64,000 nucleotides of DNA, from NCBI GenBank assembly GCA_963703345.1, contig OY969814.1, forward strand, positions 1,120,001 to 1,184,000, given 5' to 3'. Under the pieces are notes generated by a model. The model was given only the letters and a program-made list of their open reading frames with translations, was not told the DNA's origin and made no database searches. Both the position numbers and the translations under genes were made by a program. The stretch's first letter is position 1. Every line of letters starts with the position of its first letter. Shown one piece after another: positions 29,020-39,157 of this stretch. The stretch comes from an uncultured Chloroflexia bacterium (GTDB taxonomy: Bacteria > Chloroflexota > Dehalococcoidia > DSTF01 > JALHUB01).

Positions 29020-30303
29020 ATGCGCTACCACATCTGGACGTTCGGCTGCCAGATGAACAAGGCCGACTCCGCGAAGCTCGCCGCCGGCCTCGAACGCCTG
29101 GGCCACGAGGTCGCAGCTTCGCCTGAGGAGGCGGACCTGCTCGTCGTCAACACCTGCGCCGTACGCGAGCACGCCGAGCAGCGCGCGGCGGGCAGGCTCG
29201 CCGAGGCGAAGCGACTGAAGGCGAAGAACGCCGCGGTCAAGATCGTCCTCACCGGCTGCATGGTCGGGCCGCAACTCGACGAACTGCGACGTCGCTTCCC
29301 CTACGTTGACGCCTTCGCGGCGCCGCAGGCCTTCGCCGATATCGCCTCCGGAATCGAGGGTCTGCCGGAGGGCTGCGCGCCGTCGCAGTTCTGGGCCGGC
29401 GTTTTCCCTCTTGCCGGCGGACCCACCGCCTTCGTGCCCGTTGTTTACGGTTGCAACAAATTCTGCTCGTACTGCATCGTCCCCTATCGCCGCGGGCGCG
29501 AGCGCAGCCGGACTGTGGAGGAAGTCCACGCCGAAGTGCGGCATCACGTTGAAGGCGACGTCAGGGAGGTGACGCTGCTGGGGCAGTCGGTAGAGGCGTT
29601 CGGCCGCGACCTGCCGGATCGGGGGGACCTCGCCGACCTCATGCGCGACCTCCACGCCGTCGAAGGGCTGGAACGCATCCGATTCCTCACCTCCTATCCG
29701 ACCGACGTCACGGAGCGCATCGTCGACGCCGTCGCTGACCTGCCGAAGGTCTGCGAATGCTTTAGCCTCCCGCTCCAGGCAGGCGACGACGCGGTCCTCG
29801 CCCGCATGCGGCGAGGCTACACCGCTGACGAGTACGAGGCGGTCGTCGCGGGCATACGAGGGCGCATTCCGGGAGCAGCCATCTCCACCGACGTCATCGT
29901 CGGCTTCTGCGGCGAGAGCGACTCCCAGTTCCAGCGCACGTACGATCTGCTGGAGCGCTTGCGCTTCGATAAGGTGCACGTCGCGGCCTACTCGCCGCGG
30001 CCCGGCACCATCGCCGCGCGTCGCCTGGAAGACGACGTGCCCGCCGTGACGAAGCAGGCGCGGCTCCAGGCCGTCGAGGCGTTGCAGAAGCGCATCGCCG
30101 GCGAGATCAACGCCGCGCTCGTTGGCCGGACAGAGGAGGTGCTCGTAGAGGCGAAGGCGAAGGGTCGCTGGAGCGGCCGGACACGCAGCGACAAGCTGGT
30201 GCACTTCAGCGGCGACTACCGGCCCGGCGACCTCGTGCCGGTGCGCATCGAGAGGGCCGGTCCGTGGTCGCTGTCCGGCGCCGTCCCTTCGGGAGAGAGC
30301 TGA
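29020..30303 (+). CDS. miaB: tRNA-2-methylthio-N6-dimethylallyladenosine synthase
   Basis: TFGCQMN, NTCAVRE, GCNKFCSYCIVP, STDVIVGFCGE and a C-terminal TRAM domain. Confidence 0.92.
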   Translation: MRYHIWTFGCQMNKADSAKLAAGLERLGHEVAASPEEADLLVVNTCAVREHAEQRAAGRLAEAKRLKAKNAAVKIVLTGCMVGPQLDELRRRFPYVDAFAAPQAFADIASGIEGLPEGCAPSQFWAGVFPLAGGPTAFVPVVYGCNKFCSYCIVPYRRGRERSRTVEEVHAEVRHHVEGDVREVTLLGQSVEAFGRDLPDRGDLADLMRDLHAVEGLERIRFLTSYPTDVTERIVDAVADLPKVCECFSLPLQAGDDAVLARMRRGYTADEYEAVVAGIRGRIPGAAISTDVIVGFCGESDSQFQRTYDLLERLRFDKVHVAAYSPRPGTIAARRLEDDVPAVTKQARLQAVEALQKRIAGEINAALVGRTEEVLVEAKAKGRWSGRTRSDKLVHFSGDYRPGDLVPVRIERAGPWSLSGAVPSGES

Positions 30304-30995
30304 TGGCGCGGAAGAGCGACGATCCAAAGCAGGCTCCGGTGCCCTCGGCGACAAAACGGACCCCAATCGTCGCCGTCTTCGTCGTCATCTTCACTGCCGT
30401 CGAGAGCGACCTCAAGGTGCTGCTCATCCGTCGCGGCGTGGCGCCCTACGAGGGGCAGTGGGCCATACCGGGCGGCCGCCTTGGGACGGGCGAGACGCTC
30501 GACCAGGCGGCGACGCGCAAGCTTGTCGAAGAGACGGGCGTCCGCGATGTCTACCTGGAGCAGCTCTACACCTTCGGCGACCTTGACCCCTCGGCGGAGG
30601 GCGGCGCCGTCGCTATCGGCTATTTCGCCCTCGTCGACCACAACAGCGTCAACCTGCCGCGTCGCGAGGAGTGGCCGACCGCCTGGTTCTCGCTCAACGA
30701 CCTGCCGCCGCTGGCTTTCGACAACGAATCGGTGCTCGACTACGCCCTCCGACGCCTCCGCAGCAAGATGGAGTACACCAACGTCGCCTACAGCCTGCTG
30801 CCGCAGTACTTCACGCTGAGTCAGCTTCAGGCGGTCTACGAGTCGATCCTGGGGAAGGAAGTGGACAAGCGGAACTTCCGGAAGCGGATGCTTGCCCTGG
30901 GCATCGTGCGGCCGACAGAGCGGACCATCGTGCTCGGCGCGCACCGGCCGGCCAAGCTGTACACGTTCTCGTCGCGCCAGCCGACGGCCATCTAG
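30303..30995 (+). CDS. NrtR-type Nudix-related transcriptional regulator
   Basis: Nudix-like GGRLGTGETLDQAATRKLVEETG, LEQLYTFG, LAFD and winged-helix DKRNFRK...HRPAKLY. Confidence 0.85.
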   Translation: MARKSDDPKQAPVPSATKRTPIVAVFVVIFTAVESDLKVLLIRRGVAPYEGQWAIPGGRLGTGETLDQAATRKLVEETGVRDVYLEQLYTFGDLDPSAEGGAVAIGYFALVDHNSVNLPRREEWPTAWFSLNDLPPLAFDNESVLDYALRRLRSKMEYTNVAYSLLPQYFTLSQLQAVYESILGKEVDKRNFRKRMLALGIVRPTERTIVLGAHRPAKLYTFSSRQPTAI

Positions 30996-31038
30996 CGGCA
31001 AGACGGCGGAGCAGTACTCAGCCCGCCGCGACGTCGCC

Positions 31039-31404
31039 CTACTTCATCGCCACTTCCATCGAGTCGATCAGGTCCTGCGCATCAAACCGCAGCGAGACCG
31101 TGACCTTCTGAGTCTTTCGCAGCGCCATCGCGACGAGACGCAGGAGGCCCCGCGGCGCCATGCCCGGCACAACGATCTCGCCCTCCGGCCCTGCCTTGGG
31201 GACAGCGAAGCCCACCCTGTCGAGGCCGCGGCCGCTCTCAGCGCCGATGCGCATGGCCGCCACGATCGTTTCTCTCCCCTGTAGCTGCGCCATCTCGGGG
31301 ACGGTCAGGATGGCGTTGTCGGAAAGCATCGTCGCCGCCTCGCCGTAGCGCCTGTTCTGGAGGTGGGCGACGAACCTGGCTGCGAGCTCCTCTCGCTTGT
31401 CCAT
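31039..31404 (-). CDS. SnoaL/NTF2-like small protein
   Basis: AARFVAHL...MLSDNA...QGRETI pattern. GGAAGGAG RBS. Confidence 0.55.
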   Translation of the reverse strand: MDKREELAARFVAHLQNRRYGEAATMLSDNAILTVPEMAQLQGRETIVAAMRIGAESGRGLDRVGFAVPKAGPEGEIVVPGMAPRGLLRLVAMALRKTQKVTVSLRFDAQDLIDSMEVAMK

Positions 31405-31436
31405 GATTGGCTCCTTCCTATGGCCTCGGGTGTCTC

Positions 31437-32315
31437 TCAGACGCGCCGGCGCAGGACCTTTTCCGTCGTCCAGCCGATTTCCGCTGGGCTTTCGCAGATA
31501 ATCGCGCCGGCGGCGGCAAGCGCTTCCTTCTTCGCCTGCGCCGTGCCGGTATTGCCGGCGATAATCGCTCCGGCATGTCCCATGCGACGCCCTGGCGGCG
31601 CCGTGCTGCCGGCGATGAAGGCGATGACCGGCTTCATCATGTCCGACTTGATGTATCCCGCCGCCTCCTGCTCCAGCCCGCCGCCGATTTCGCCGATGAG
31701 CACGACCGCGGCGGTGCCGTCGTCCGCCTGGAACGCCGTCAGCACGTCCTTCAGGCTCGTGCCGATAATCGGGTCACCGCCGATGCCAACGCAGGTCGAC
31801 TGGCCGATGCCGCGTTCGCTCAACTGCGCCACCGCCTCGTACACCAGCGTACCGCTCCGGGAGACGACGCCGACGTTGCCGGGCATGAAGACATCGCCGG
31901 GCATGATGCCGACCTTGCACTGGCCCGGCGTTATCACCCCCGGGCAATTCGGGCCTATGAGTCGCGCCTGGCTGTCGCGAAGCTGCCTTTTCACCGTCAC
32001 CATGTCCAGCGTCGGCACGCCCTCCGTGATGCAGACGATGACCGCTATTCCGGCGTCATTCGCCTCCAGGATGGCGTCGGCGGCGCCGGGTGCCGGTACG
32101 AAGATAAGGCTGCAGTTGGCGCCTGTCTTCGTGACCGCGTCGCGCACCGTGTTGAAGACGGGCACTCCTTCCGCCGTCTCGCCGCCGCGACCGGGCGTGA
32201 CGCCGGCAACCACCTTCGTCCCGTAGTCGATGCAGCGACGCGTCTGGAAGCTGCCCTCGCGACCGGTAATGCCCTGGACAAGCACGCGCGTCTTAGAGTC
32301 GACGAAGATTGGCAT
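31437..32315 (-). CDS. sucD: succinate--CoA ligase alpha subunit
   Basis: [27 protein letters not shown]. Confidence 0.96.
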   Translation of the reverse strand: MPIFVDSKTRVLVQGITGREGSFQTRRCIDYGTKVVAGVTPGRGGETAEGVPVFNTVRDAVTKTGANCSLIFVPAPGAADAILEANDAGIAVIVCITEGVPTLDMVTVKRQLRDSQARLIGPNCPGVITPGQCKVGIMPGDVFMPGNVGVVSRSGTLVYEAVAQLSERGIGQSTCVGIGGDPIIGTSLKDVLTAFQADDGTAAVVLIGEIGGGLEQEAAGYIKSDMMKPVIAFIAGSTAPPGRRMGHAGAIIAGNTGTAQAKKEALAAAGAIICESPAEIGWTTEKVLRRRV

Positions 32316-32533
32316 CAACTGCTCCAGCTAGTTCTGCTCCACCGCGCCCCAAAAGGACGCTCTCTCGGAGTGTGCTCCCCCTTGCCCCAAAAGACGCGGC
32401 ATTGGAAAGAGAGCTTCCGAGCGGCGTCTGGCATTGCTATCGCTAAGGCTGAGGGTTTCAACCCTCAGAACTGTCCAAACCCCATCCGCCCGCGCCCAAT
32501 CCTTGCAGCGGGGCGTCCGAATCGTGGAACATC

Positions 32534-33700
32534 TTAGGCTCCACGGGCGGCCACCACCGCTTTTTGCGCCGCTTCGCCGAGTCCCTGCGCGCGGATGAGC
32601 CCGTGACCTTCTGCCGCCAGAATCCGCTCGCCGTCCTCGACGTTCGTGCCCGCCAGCCGCACGACGACCGGCACGCCGATCTTCATCTGCTTCTGCGCGT
32701 CGACGACGCCCTGGGCGATGACGTCCACACGCGCCATGCCCCCGAAGATGTTAATAAGAATGGCCTTGACGTTGGCGTTCGTGGTGAGGATCTTGAACGC
32801 GTTCACCACTCGCGCCACGTCGTTCACGGTGCCGATATCGAGGAAGTTCGCCGGCTCCCCGCCCGCCAGCTTGATCGCGTCCATCGTCGACATCGCCAGG
32901 CCGGCGCCGTTCACGACGCAGCCGATATTGCCAGTGAGCTTGACATAATTGTTGACGCCCAGCTCCTGCGCCTGCACCTCCAGCGGGTCTTCTTCGTCGA
33001 GGTCGCGCAATTCGGCGATCTCCGGATGGCGGAACAGGGCGTTGTCATCAAAGTTCAGCTTGGCGTCGAGGGGGAGGACGCGTCGGTCAGCGGTGACGGC
33101 GAGCGGGTTGATCTCCGCCAGAGAGCAGTCGCAGGCGACAAACGCCTTGTAGAGGCCGGACATGAGCGCGATCGACGGTCGGAGGAGGTCGCCGGCCAGT
33201 CCGAGGGCGAAGGCGAGGCGACGCGCCTGGAACGGCTGCAAACCAATTGCTGGGTCGACGTGCACCCGTTGGATGAGCTGCGGCGAGCTTGCCGCGACCT
33301 CTTCGATCTCCATGCCGCCGGCCGAGCTCGCCATGACGACCGGGCTGGCGGCGGCGTTGTCGACGATGACGCTCAGGTAAAGCTCGCGCTCCGGCTTCAA
33401 CTGCTCTTCGACTAGGACGCTTCGCACCAGGCGGCCCTCGGGCCCCGTCTGCGGCGTCACCAGCGTCATGCCGATGATCCGCGCTGCGGCCTCCTCCGCC
33501 TGTTGCGGCGTGTCGGCCAGGGCGATGCCGCCGCCTTTGCCGCGCCCGCCGGCGTGCACCTGCGCCTTGATGACGACGGGCGCCGCCAGCTCCTCGGCGA
33601 TTCGTCGCGCCTCGGCGGGTGTCGTGGCTACGCTGCCGCGTGGCACCGAGACGCCGAAGTTAGCGAGGACGCGCTTTGCTTGGTACTCGTGGACCTTCAT
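32534..33700 (-). CDS. sucC: succinate--CoA ligase beta subunit
   Basis: HEYQAK, KAQVHAGGRGKGGG, EINPL, NGAGLAM, INIFGG. Confidence 0.96.
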   Translation of the reverse strand: MKVHEYQAKRVLANFGVSVPRGSVATTPAEARRIAEELAAPVVIKAQVHAGGRGKGGGIALADTPQQAEEAAARIIGMTLVTPQTGPEGRLVRSVLVEEQLKPERELYLSVIVDNAAASPVVMASSAGGMEIEEVAASSPQLIQRVHVDPAIGLQPFQARRLAFALGLAGDLLRPSIALMSGLYKAFVACDCSLAEINPLAVTADRRVLPLDAKLNFDDNALFRHPEIAELRDLDEEDPLEVQAQELGVNNYVKLTGNIGCVVNGAGLAMSTMDAIKLAGGEPANFLDIGTVNDVARVVNAFKILTTNANVKAILINIFGGMARVDVIAQGVVDAQKQMKIGVPVVVRLAGTNVEDGERILAAEGHGLIRAQGLGEAAQKAVVAARGA

Positions 33701-33750
33701 CTGCTGACCCGATCCCTGGTCAGAGCGCGAATTCCGTTTCGAGGGCCGGA

Positions 33751-33839
33751 TGGCGGAGGGGGAGGGATTCGAACCCCCGTCGGGACAAGCCCGAAGCGGT
33801 TTTCAAGACCGCCGCCTTAAGCCGCTCGGCCACCCCTCC
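33751..33839 (-). tRNA. tRNA-Ser(TGA)
   Basis: Reverse complement GGAGGGGTGGCCGAGCGG...GCGGT-CT-TGA-AA-ACCGC...GGTTCGAATCC...CTCCGCCA. Confidence 0.95.
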
Positions 33840-33848
33840 AAGCGTCGT

Positions 33849-33877
33849 AGTATAGGCCAGGGCAGGAATCAGGTCAA
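33849..33877 (-). promoter_or_regulatory. sigma70 promoter of tRNA-Ser(TGA)
   Basis: TTGACC-17 bp-TATACT on the minus strand. Confidence 0.75.
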
Positions 33878-33887
33878 CGAAATGCAA

Positions 33888-33912
33888 ATGCCCTCGCTGA
33901 TGACGAGGGCAT
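33888..33912 (-). terminator. hairpin downstream of the csrA-like gene
   Basis: ATGCCCTCG-7 nt-CGAGGGCAT, T-rich tail on the minus strand. Confidence 0.6.
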
Positions 33913-33932
33913 CTGTTGGAATGCGGCAGGCT

Positions 33933-34223
33933 TTAGTGGCTTGGATGCGGGACGGGCGACGGCTCCGCCTGCACCTTATTCGTGTCCTCCACGCTCCTTC
34001 GTGTCAGCTCATCCCGCAGGATGATCAGCGACTCCGGCGCTTCGATCATGAACTTGATGTGGCGGCCTTCCTTGGTCACGTCCACTACTAGCTCCTCGCC
34101 GATCTTGAACCTGACGACACAGGCCTCTCGGCCCGTTCCGTGGGCAGAGACCACCTGAATGTTAATGTCGTCGCCAACAGTCAGGCTCTCGCCGGTTCTC
34201 CTTCGTAGAATCAGCCTACCCAC
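33933..34223 (-). CDS. CsrA-like carbon storage regulator with internal insertion
   Basis: LILRRRTGESLTVGDDI...IEAPESLIILRDEL. GTG start with GAGGTG RBS. Confidence 0.7.
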   Translation of the reverse strand: MGRLILRRRTGESLTVGDDINIQVVSAHGTGREACVVRFKIGEELVVDVTKEGRHIKFMIEAPESLIILRDELTRRSVEDTNKVQAEPSPVPHPSH

Positions 34224-34633
34224 AGCATCACCTCTTCCTCCGGCTGAACCTGTGGAAACGGCCCGGCTAGCCGGCTCCACTGACCATTACCATTATAGTC
34301 CACAGGCCAATTACATTATAAATCCAAGCATATAATGTAGCAAGCAAAGAAAAGAGGGAAAAGGAGAAAATTGCGGCCCCTATCGCAGCGCCGCCTCGAT
34401 TGCTGCACCCAACGAGGGATGCCTCGCGGCGAAGGCGCGCAGCAGCCCGGCGACCCGCATCGTCGGGCTGGGCGCGACGAGCTTCACGCTGTTCTCAACC
34501 GCGTCCGTCGTGTCGAACAGCAGTACGAGTACTCCAGCGTGAGTCTCGCGGATGGGCCTTGTAGGGGCGTCTCCGCGACACTATGATGAAGAGAAGAGAC
34601 CGAGCGAGACCTAGCCAGGGAAGGAGAGGACCA

Positions 34634-34912
34634 ATGGCGCTCTATGTCATGCTCAGCAACCTCACGGATGAAGGCCGCAAGACCATCAAGTCACGCCCGG
34701 AACGCATCAAAGAGGTCAACAAGGAGATCGAGGCGATGGGCGGCAAGGTGCTCGCCCAGTACGCGACGCTTGGCCCCTACGACTTCGTGAACGTCATCGA
34801 AGCGCCGAACAACGACGTGATCGTCAAGATCTCTGTTGAGCTCGGCTCCCGCGGCACGCTGCAGTTGATGACGCTTCCCGCAATGACTATCGACCAGTTC
34901 GCGATGCGATAG
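34634..34912 (+). CDS. GYD domain protein
   Basis: LTDEGRKTI...YATLGPYDFV. AGGAGAGG RBS. Confidence 0.85.
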   Translation: MALYVMLSNLTDEGRKTIKSRPERIKEVNKEIEAMGGKVLAQYATLGPYDFVNVIEAPNNDVIVKISVELGSRGTLQLMTLPAMTIDQFAMR

Positions 34913-34916
34913 GCGG

Positions 34917-36197
34917 TCAACCGCCCGGCCTGATCACCTCGATGCCGCCCATGTACGGCCTTAGCGCCTCCGGCACGATGACCGATCCGTCGCGCTGCTG
35001 GTAGCTCTCCAGCACGGCCGCCAGCGTCCGCGGCAGCCCGAGCCCGGAGCCGTTCAGCGTATGCACGTACTCCGCCTTCGCGCCCCGCTCGCGGCGGAAG
35101 CGCAGCCCCGTGCGACGCGCCTGGAAGTCGCCGCAGTTGGAGCACGTGCTGACCTCCAGCCATTCGCCGCAGCCCGGCGCCCACACCTCGACGTCGTACG
35201 CCTTCGTCGCCGAGAAGCCCAGGTCGCCGGTGCACAGCATCTTCGCGCGGTGCGCCAGCCCCAGCCGGCGGCAAACGTCCTCCGCGTCGCCGAGCAGCCG
35301 CTCCAACTCTGCGTCCGACTCTCCGGGCGGACACAGCTTATACATCTCCACCTTGTCGAACTGATGGCCGCGCTTGATGCCGCGCACGTCCCGGCCGGCG
35401 CTCATCTTCTCGCGACGAAAGCACGGCGTGTAAGCGACGTAGCGTAGCGGCAGCGTGCCCGGCTCCAGGATCTCGTCGCGGTGGAGGTTCGTCAGCGGCA
35501 CCTCGGCCGTCGGCACCAGCCACAGGTCGTCCTCAACGTCGTGATAGAGGTTGTCGCGGAACTTGGGTAGCTGGCCGGCGCCCCAGAGGCACTCCTCCTT
35601 TACGACGAACGGCGGATAGATTTCCGTGTAGCCCTGCTCGGTATGAACGTCCAGCATCCAGGCGATGAGCGCTCGCTGCAGCCGCGCGCCGGCGCCCTTG
35701 AGCACGTAGAAGCGCGAGCCCGACAGCTTCACGCCGCGCTCGAAGTCGATGATGCCCAGCCGTTCCCCGATCTCCCAGTGCGGCCGCGGCTCGAAGTCGA
35801 GCTCGAACGGCCGCCGCTCCTCCGTGCGAATGACGGCATTGTCCTCTTCGCCGGCGCCGACGGGCGTGTCGGGATGCGGGATGTTCGGCAGCTCCAGCAG
35901 GAGCGCGCGCGTCCGCTCCTCCGCCTCCTTCAGCCGCGGCTCCAGGGCGTCGATCCGCTCCGATTTCGCGCGCATCTCTTCGATGAGGCGCTGGCGCTCG
36001 GAAGGATCCGCCGCCGAGCCGATCCGCTTGCCGACCTCGTTGCGCTCCGCCCGCAGCGACTCCGACTCCACGAGCAGCTCGCGGCGCTCGGCGTCGAGGC
36101 GCAGCATCTCGTCGAGCCCCGTCTCTTCGACGCCGCGGTCTCGCAGCGCTTTGCGGACGATTTCCGGGTTCTCGCGCACGAACTGAAGGCTCAGCAA
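34917..36197 (-). CDS. serS: serine--tRNA ligase
   Basis: [42 protein letters not shown]. Confidence 0.97.
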   Translation of the reverse strand: MLSLQFVRENPEIVRKALRDRGVEETGLDEMLRLDAERRELLVESESLRAERNEVGKRIGSAADPSERQRLIEEMRAKSERIDALEPRLKEAEERTRALLLELPNIPHPDTPVGAGEEDNAVIRTEERRPFELDFEPRPHWEIGERLGIIDFERGVKLSGSRFYVLKGAGARLQRALIAWMLDVHTEQGYTEIYPPFVVKEECLWGAGQLPKFRDNLYHDVEDDLWLVPTAEVPLTNLHRDEILEPGTLPLRYVAYTPCFRREKMSAGRDVRGIKRGHQFDKVEMYKLCPPGESDAELERLLGDAEDVCRRLGLAHRAKMLCTGDLGFSATKAYDVEVWAPGCGEWLEVSTCSNCGDFQARRTGLRFRRERGAKAEYVHTLNGSGLGLPRTLAAVLESYQQRDGSVIVPEALRPYMGGIEVIRPGG

Positions 36198-36201
36198 TGC
36201 G

Positions 36202-36687
36202 TCATCCTCCTGACTGGCCGCCTCGCTCGATCGCCCGCAAGGCCAGCAGCCGCACGTCCTCCGGGACCGCCGCGCTCACACCGTCGCCGGCGTTCAGCGG
36301 CTCGTTGCGGCGTAGCTGCGTCTCGTCCACCCACGTCAGGTGGCTTTCGTCCCGACGCAGCGCCTGCGGCTCGCCGACGATGGTGCAGAAGTAGATGAGG
36401 TCTGTGTGCTGGTGCGGCCGCCCCGGCTCAGGGCTGTCTTCGACAAGTATAGTCACCGGCGCCGCCAGCTCGCGCGGATAGGATACGTCCAGCCGCTCGT
36501 CGCCGGCGATGGGGCAGGCGTCCAGGCCCGTCTCCTCGCGGATCTCGCGCAACACCGCCTCCTGCGGGTCTTCGTTCGGCTCGATGTGGCCGCCGGGCGG
36601 CACCCACATCTTTAGCAGCGGATGCCAGAGGAGAAGCGTTCGGTTCCCGTGGACGACGAAGCCGGTGACGGTGAAGTGCTTCTCCAT
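36202..36687 (-). CDS. NUDIX hydrolase
   Basis: Nudix box [23 protein letters not shown]. Confidence 0.9.
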   Translation of the reverse strand: MEKHFTVTGFVVHGNRTLLLWHPLLKMWVPPGGHIEPNEDPQEAVLREIREETGLDACPIAGDERLDVSYPRELAAPVTILVEDSPEPGRPHQHTDLIYFCTIVGEPQALRRDESHLTWVDETQLRRNEPLNAGDGVSAAVPEDVRLLALRAIERGGQSGG

Positions 36688-36763
36688 CAAGAGGCGATTC
36701 TAGCAGCCGGAGCGCTATCGAGTCGAGCACTCGCCCTTCCGCATGGGAGGGGTGGTGCGGTCA

Positions 36764-36850
36764 GGGAGTGCAGAGGGCCTCCTCTGCCGGGGGTCAAGGG
36801 GGTGTCCCCCTGATTCCCCGAAAGACCTTTGAGGGCGGGTGGGTGGGAAA
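36764..36850. repeat. dispersed intergenic GC-rich repeat (REP/MITE-like)
   Basis: GGGAGTGCAGAGGG...CTCTGCCGGGGGTCAAGGGGGTGTCCCCC...GGGCGGGTGGGTGGGAA. Related to 47629-47686 and 47783-47875. Confidence 0.65.
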
Positions 36851-36935
36851 GAGATCGCTGATGTTTCGGCGACCACGCAGAGCGCCCTTCTGCGCGAATT
36901 CGCGGCTCAATAGAACCGGCGGTCGCCACGACGGC

Positions 36936-37583
36936 CTAGTCGAGCAGCGACAGCGGGAAGTCCGACAGCCTCTCCAGCACAAGGTCCGCCTCCGTCAGCG
37001 GCGGCAGCGCCGTCGAGGCCGCCCGCACCTGCACCGCGAACATGCCCGCCGCCTTCGCTGCCGCAATGCCCGTTCGACTGTCCTCCAGCGCGACACATCG
37101 CTCCGGCGCGACGCCGAGCTTCGCCGCCGTGTAGAGGAAGATGTCCGGCGCCGGCTTGCCGTTCTCCACCGACGTGCTCGACACCGTGACGTCGAAGCAG
37201 CCGTCTAGGCCGGTCGATTTGAGAAGCGCTTCGACCCAGTTGGGCCAGGACGACGACGCCAGCGCGCGGGGAATGCCGCGCTCGCTCAGCTCCGACAGCA
37301 GCTCGCGCACGCCCGCCAGCGGCGCCTGCGGCCGGCTGAGGAGGCGGACCATCGCCTTGTCGTAGCGCTCCACGCACTCATCGTAGCTGGCCGGTGGCGA
37401 ATACCATTCGAATATCGCGTCCCACGTTGCCGGCACCGTCATGCCCAGCAGGGCGTTATGCTGCTCTTCCGTGATCGACAGGCCGAAGTCGCGCAGCACC
37501 TCATTCAGGCCCTGGTGGTAGAGCGGCTCGCTGTCCGCGAGCACGCCGTCCATGTCGAAGATAACCGCCTGGAATCTGTCCAC
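36936..37583 (-). CDS. HAD-family phosphatase (beta-PGM-like)
   Basis: FDMDGVLADSE, GKPAPDIF, LEDS. Confidence 0.92.
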   Translation of the reverse strand: MDRFQAVIFDMDGVLADSEPLYHQGLNEVLRDFGLSITEEQHNALLGMTVPATWDAIFEWYSPPASYDECVERYDKAMVRLLSRPQAPLAGVRELLSELSERGIPRALASSSWPNWVEALLKSTGLDGCFDVTVSSTSVENGKPAPDIFLYTAAKLGVAPERCVALEDSRTGIAAAKAAGMFAVQVRAASTALPPLTEADLVLERLSDFPLSLLD

Positions 37584-37585
37584 CG

Positions 37586-39073
37586 CTACTCTTTGCTCCG
37601 AAGCTGCGGGAAGAGGATGACCTCGCGGATGGAGCGACGGCCGCTGAGCAGCATGACCAGCCGGTCGATGCCGATGCCTAAACCGCCGGCCGGTGGCATG
37701 CCGTGCTCCAGCGCCAGCAGGAAGTCTTCGTCCAGCATCTCCACCTCGCTCTCGCCGGCCGCCTTGCGACGCGCCTGCTCAAGGAGGCGCTGCCGCTGGT
37801 CGAGGGGGTCGTTCAGCTCCGTATAGGCGTTGCCCATCTCCAGCCCGGCCGCGAACGGCTCGAAGCGCTCCACTAGCTCCGGGTTGTCCGGCTTGCGCTT
37901 GGCGAGAGGCGACAGCGGCGCGGGATAGTCCATCAGGAAAGTCGGCTGGATTAACTGCGGCTCCACGCGTGCGGACAGCAGCTCGTCGACGAGCTTCGCC
38001 CAGCTTGCGTCCGGCGCCGTCTCGATGCCCATTCGCCGGATCAGGTCGCGAAGGCTGGCCTCGTCGCGCCTATAGTGCTCCAGGTCCACCTCCGCGTACT
38101 GCTTGAGGGCGTCGTGCACCGTCAGCCGGCGCCAGGGCGGCTTCAGCTCTATCGTCTCCTCTTCGAACGGGACTTGCGTCGTGCCCACCGTCTCCAGCGC
38201 GACCCGGGAGACCAGCTCCTCGACCATCGCCGCCACGTCGTTGTAGTCGGCGTAGGCCTCGTACGACTCCATCATTGTGAACTCCGGGTTATGCTTCGTC
38301 GATATCCCCTCGTTGCGGAAGACGCGCCCGATCTCGAAGACGCGGTCGTAGCCGCCGACGATGAGTCGCTTGAGGTGCAGCTCCATCGCGATGCGCAGGT
38401 AGAGGTCGCGGTCCAGCGCCTCGTGGTGCGTGACGAACGGATTCGCCGCCGCCCCGCCGGCCTCCGGCATCAGCACCGGCGTCTCCACCTCCATGAAGCC
38501 GCGCCCGACCATGAAGCGGCGGATAGCGTCGATGATAGCGCTGCGCAGCGCGAACAGCCGTCGCACGTCCTCGTTGGCGATGAGATCAAGGTAGCGCTGG
38601 CGATAGCGCGTTTCGGTGTCGACGAGGCCGTGCCACTTCTCCGGCAGGGGTTGCAGCGACTTCGCGAGGAGCGTGTACTCCGCCGCCTCGACGCTTATCT
38701 CGCCGGCGCGGGTGCGGAAGAGGCGCCCGCTCACGCCGACGAAATCGCCGAGATCGAGGTCGCGCAGCATAGCGTACGCTTTCTCCCCGACAACGTTGCT
38801 CTTCAGGTAGACCTGCATCTTGCCGGAGCCGTCGCGCAGGTCGATGAAGGTCGCCTTCCCCATGTCGCGGAGAGCCATCATGCGGCCGGCGATGGTGACG
38901 GAGGGCGCGTCGCCCTTTGAGGTAGCCTTCTCCCATTCCAGGAACGCCTGCGACGCGGCCTCCGAGGTGTGCGTGCGGTGAAAGCGAGGCGGATAAGGCT
39001 CGACGCCGCGGACGCGCAGCCGGTCCAACTTCTGGCGTCGCAGCTCAAAGCTTTGCTCATCCCGAAGAGACAT
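37586..39073 (-). CDS. lysS: lysine--tRNA ligase (class II)
   Basis: LPEKWHGL, YRQRYLDL, FRNEGI, HNPEFT, GLGIGIDRL. Confidence 0.97.
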   Translation of the reverse strand: MSLRDEQSFELRRQKLDRLRVRGVEPYPPRFHRTHTSEAASQAFLEWEKATSKGDAPSVTIAGRMMALRDMGKATFIDLRDGSGKMQVYLKSNVVGEKAYAMLRDLDLGDFVGVSGRLFRTRAGEISVEAAEYTLLAKSLQPLPEKWHGLVDTETRYRQRYLDLIANEDVRRLFALRSAIIDAIRRFMVGRGFMEVETPVLMPEAGGAAANPFVTHHEALDRDLYLRIAMELHLKRLIVGGYDRVFEIGRVFRNEGISTKHNPEFTMMESYEAYADYNDVAAMVEELVSRVALETVGTTQVPFEEETIELKPPWRRLTVHDALKQYAEVDLEHYRRDEASLRDLIRRMGIETAPDASWAKLVDELLSARVEPQLIQPTFLMDYPAPLSPLAKRKPDNPELVERFEPFAAGLEMGNAYTELNDPLDQRQRLLEQARRKAAGESEVEMLDEDFLLALEHGMPPAGGLGIGIDRLVMLLSGRRSIREVILFPQLRSKE

Positions 39074-39157
39074 CGTCTTCTCCTGGAGCGGGCATATCAA
39101 GAGGCGGGCGGCCCTTGCTTTCGGCTCCGCCCGCCGCGCTCGGCATTCGACTTGTGT

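Noticed and set aside
34371-34586. 71-aa ORF between the csrA-like gene and the GYD gene
   Set aside because: It has an SD-like AGGAG before a TTG start but no recognisable motif and atypical composition, so it cannot be supported as a CDS.
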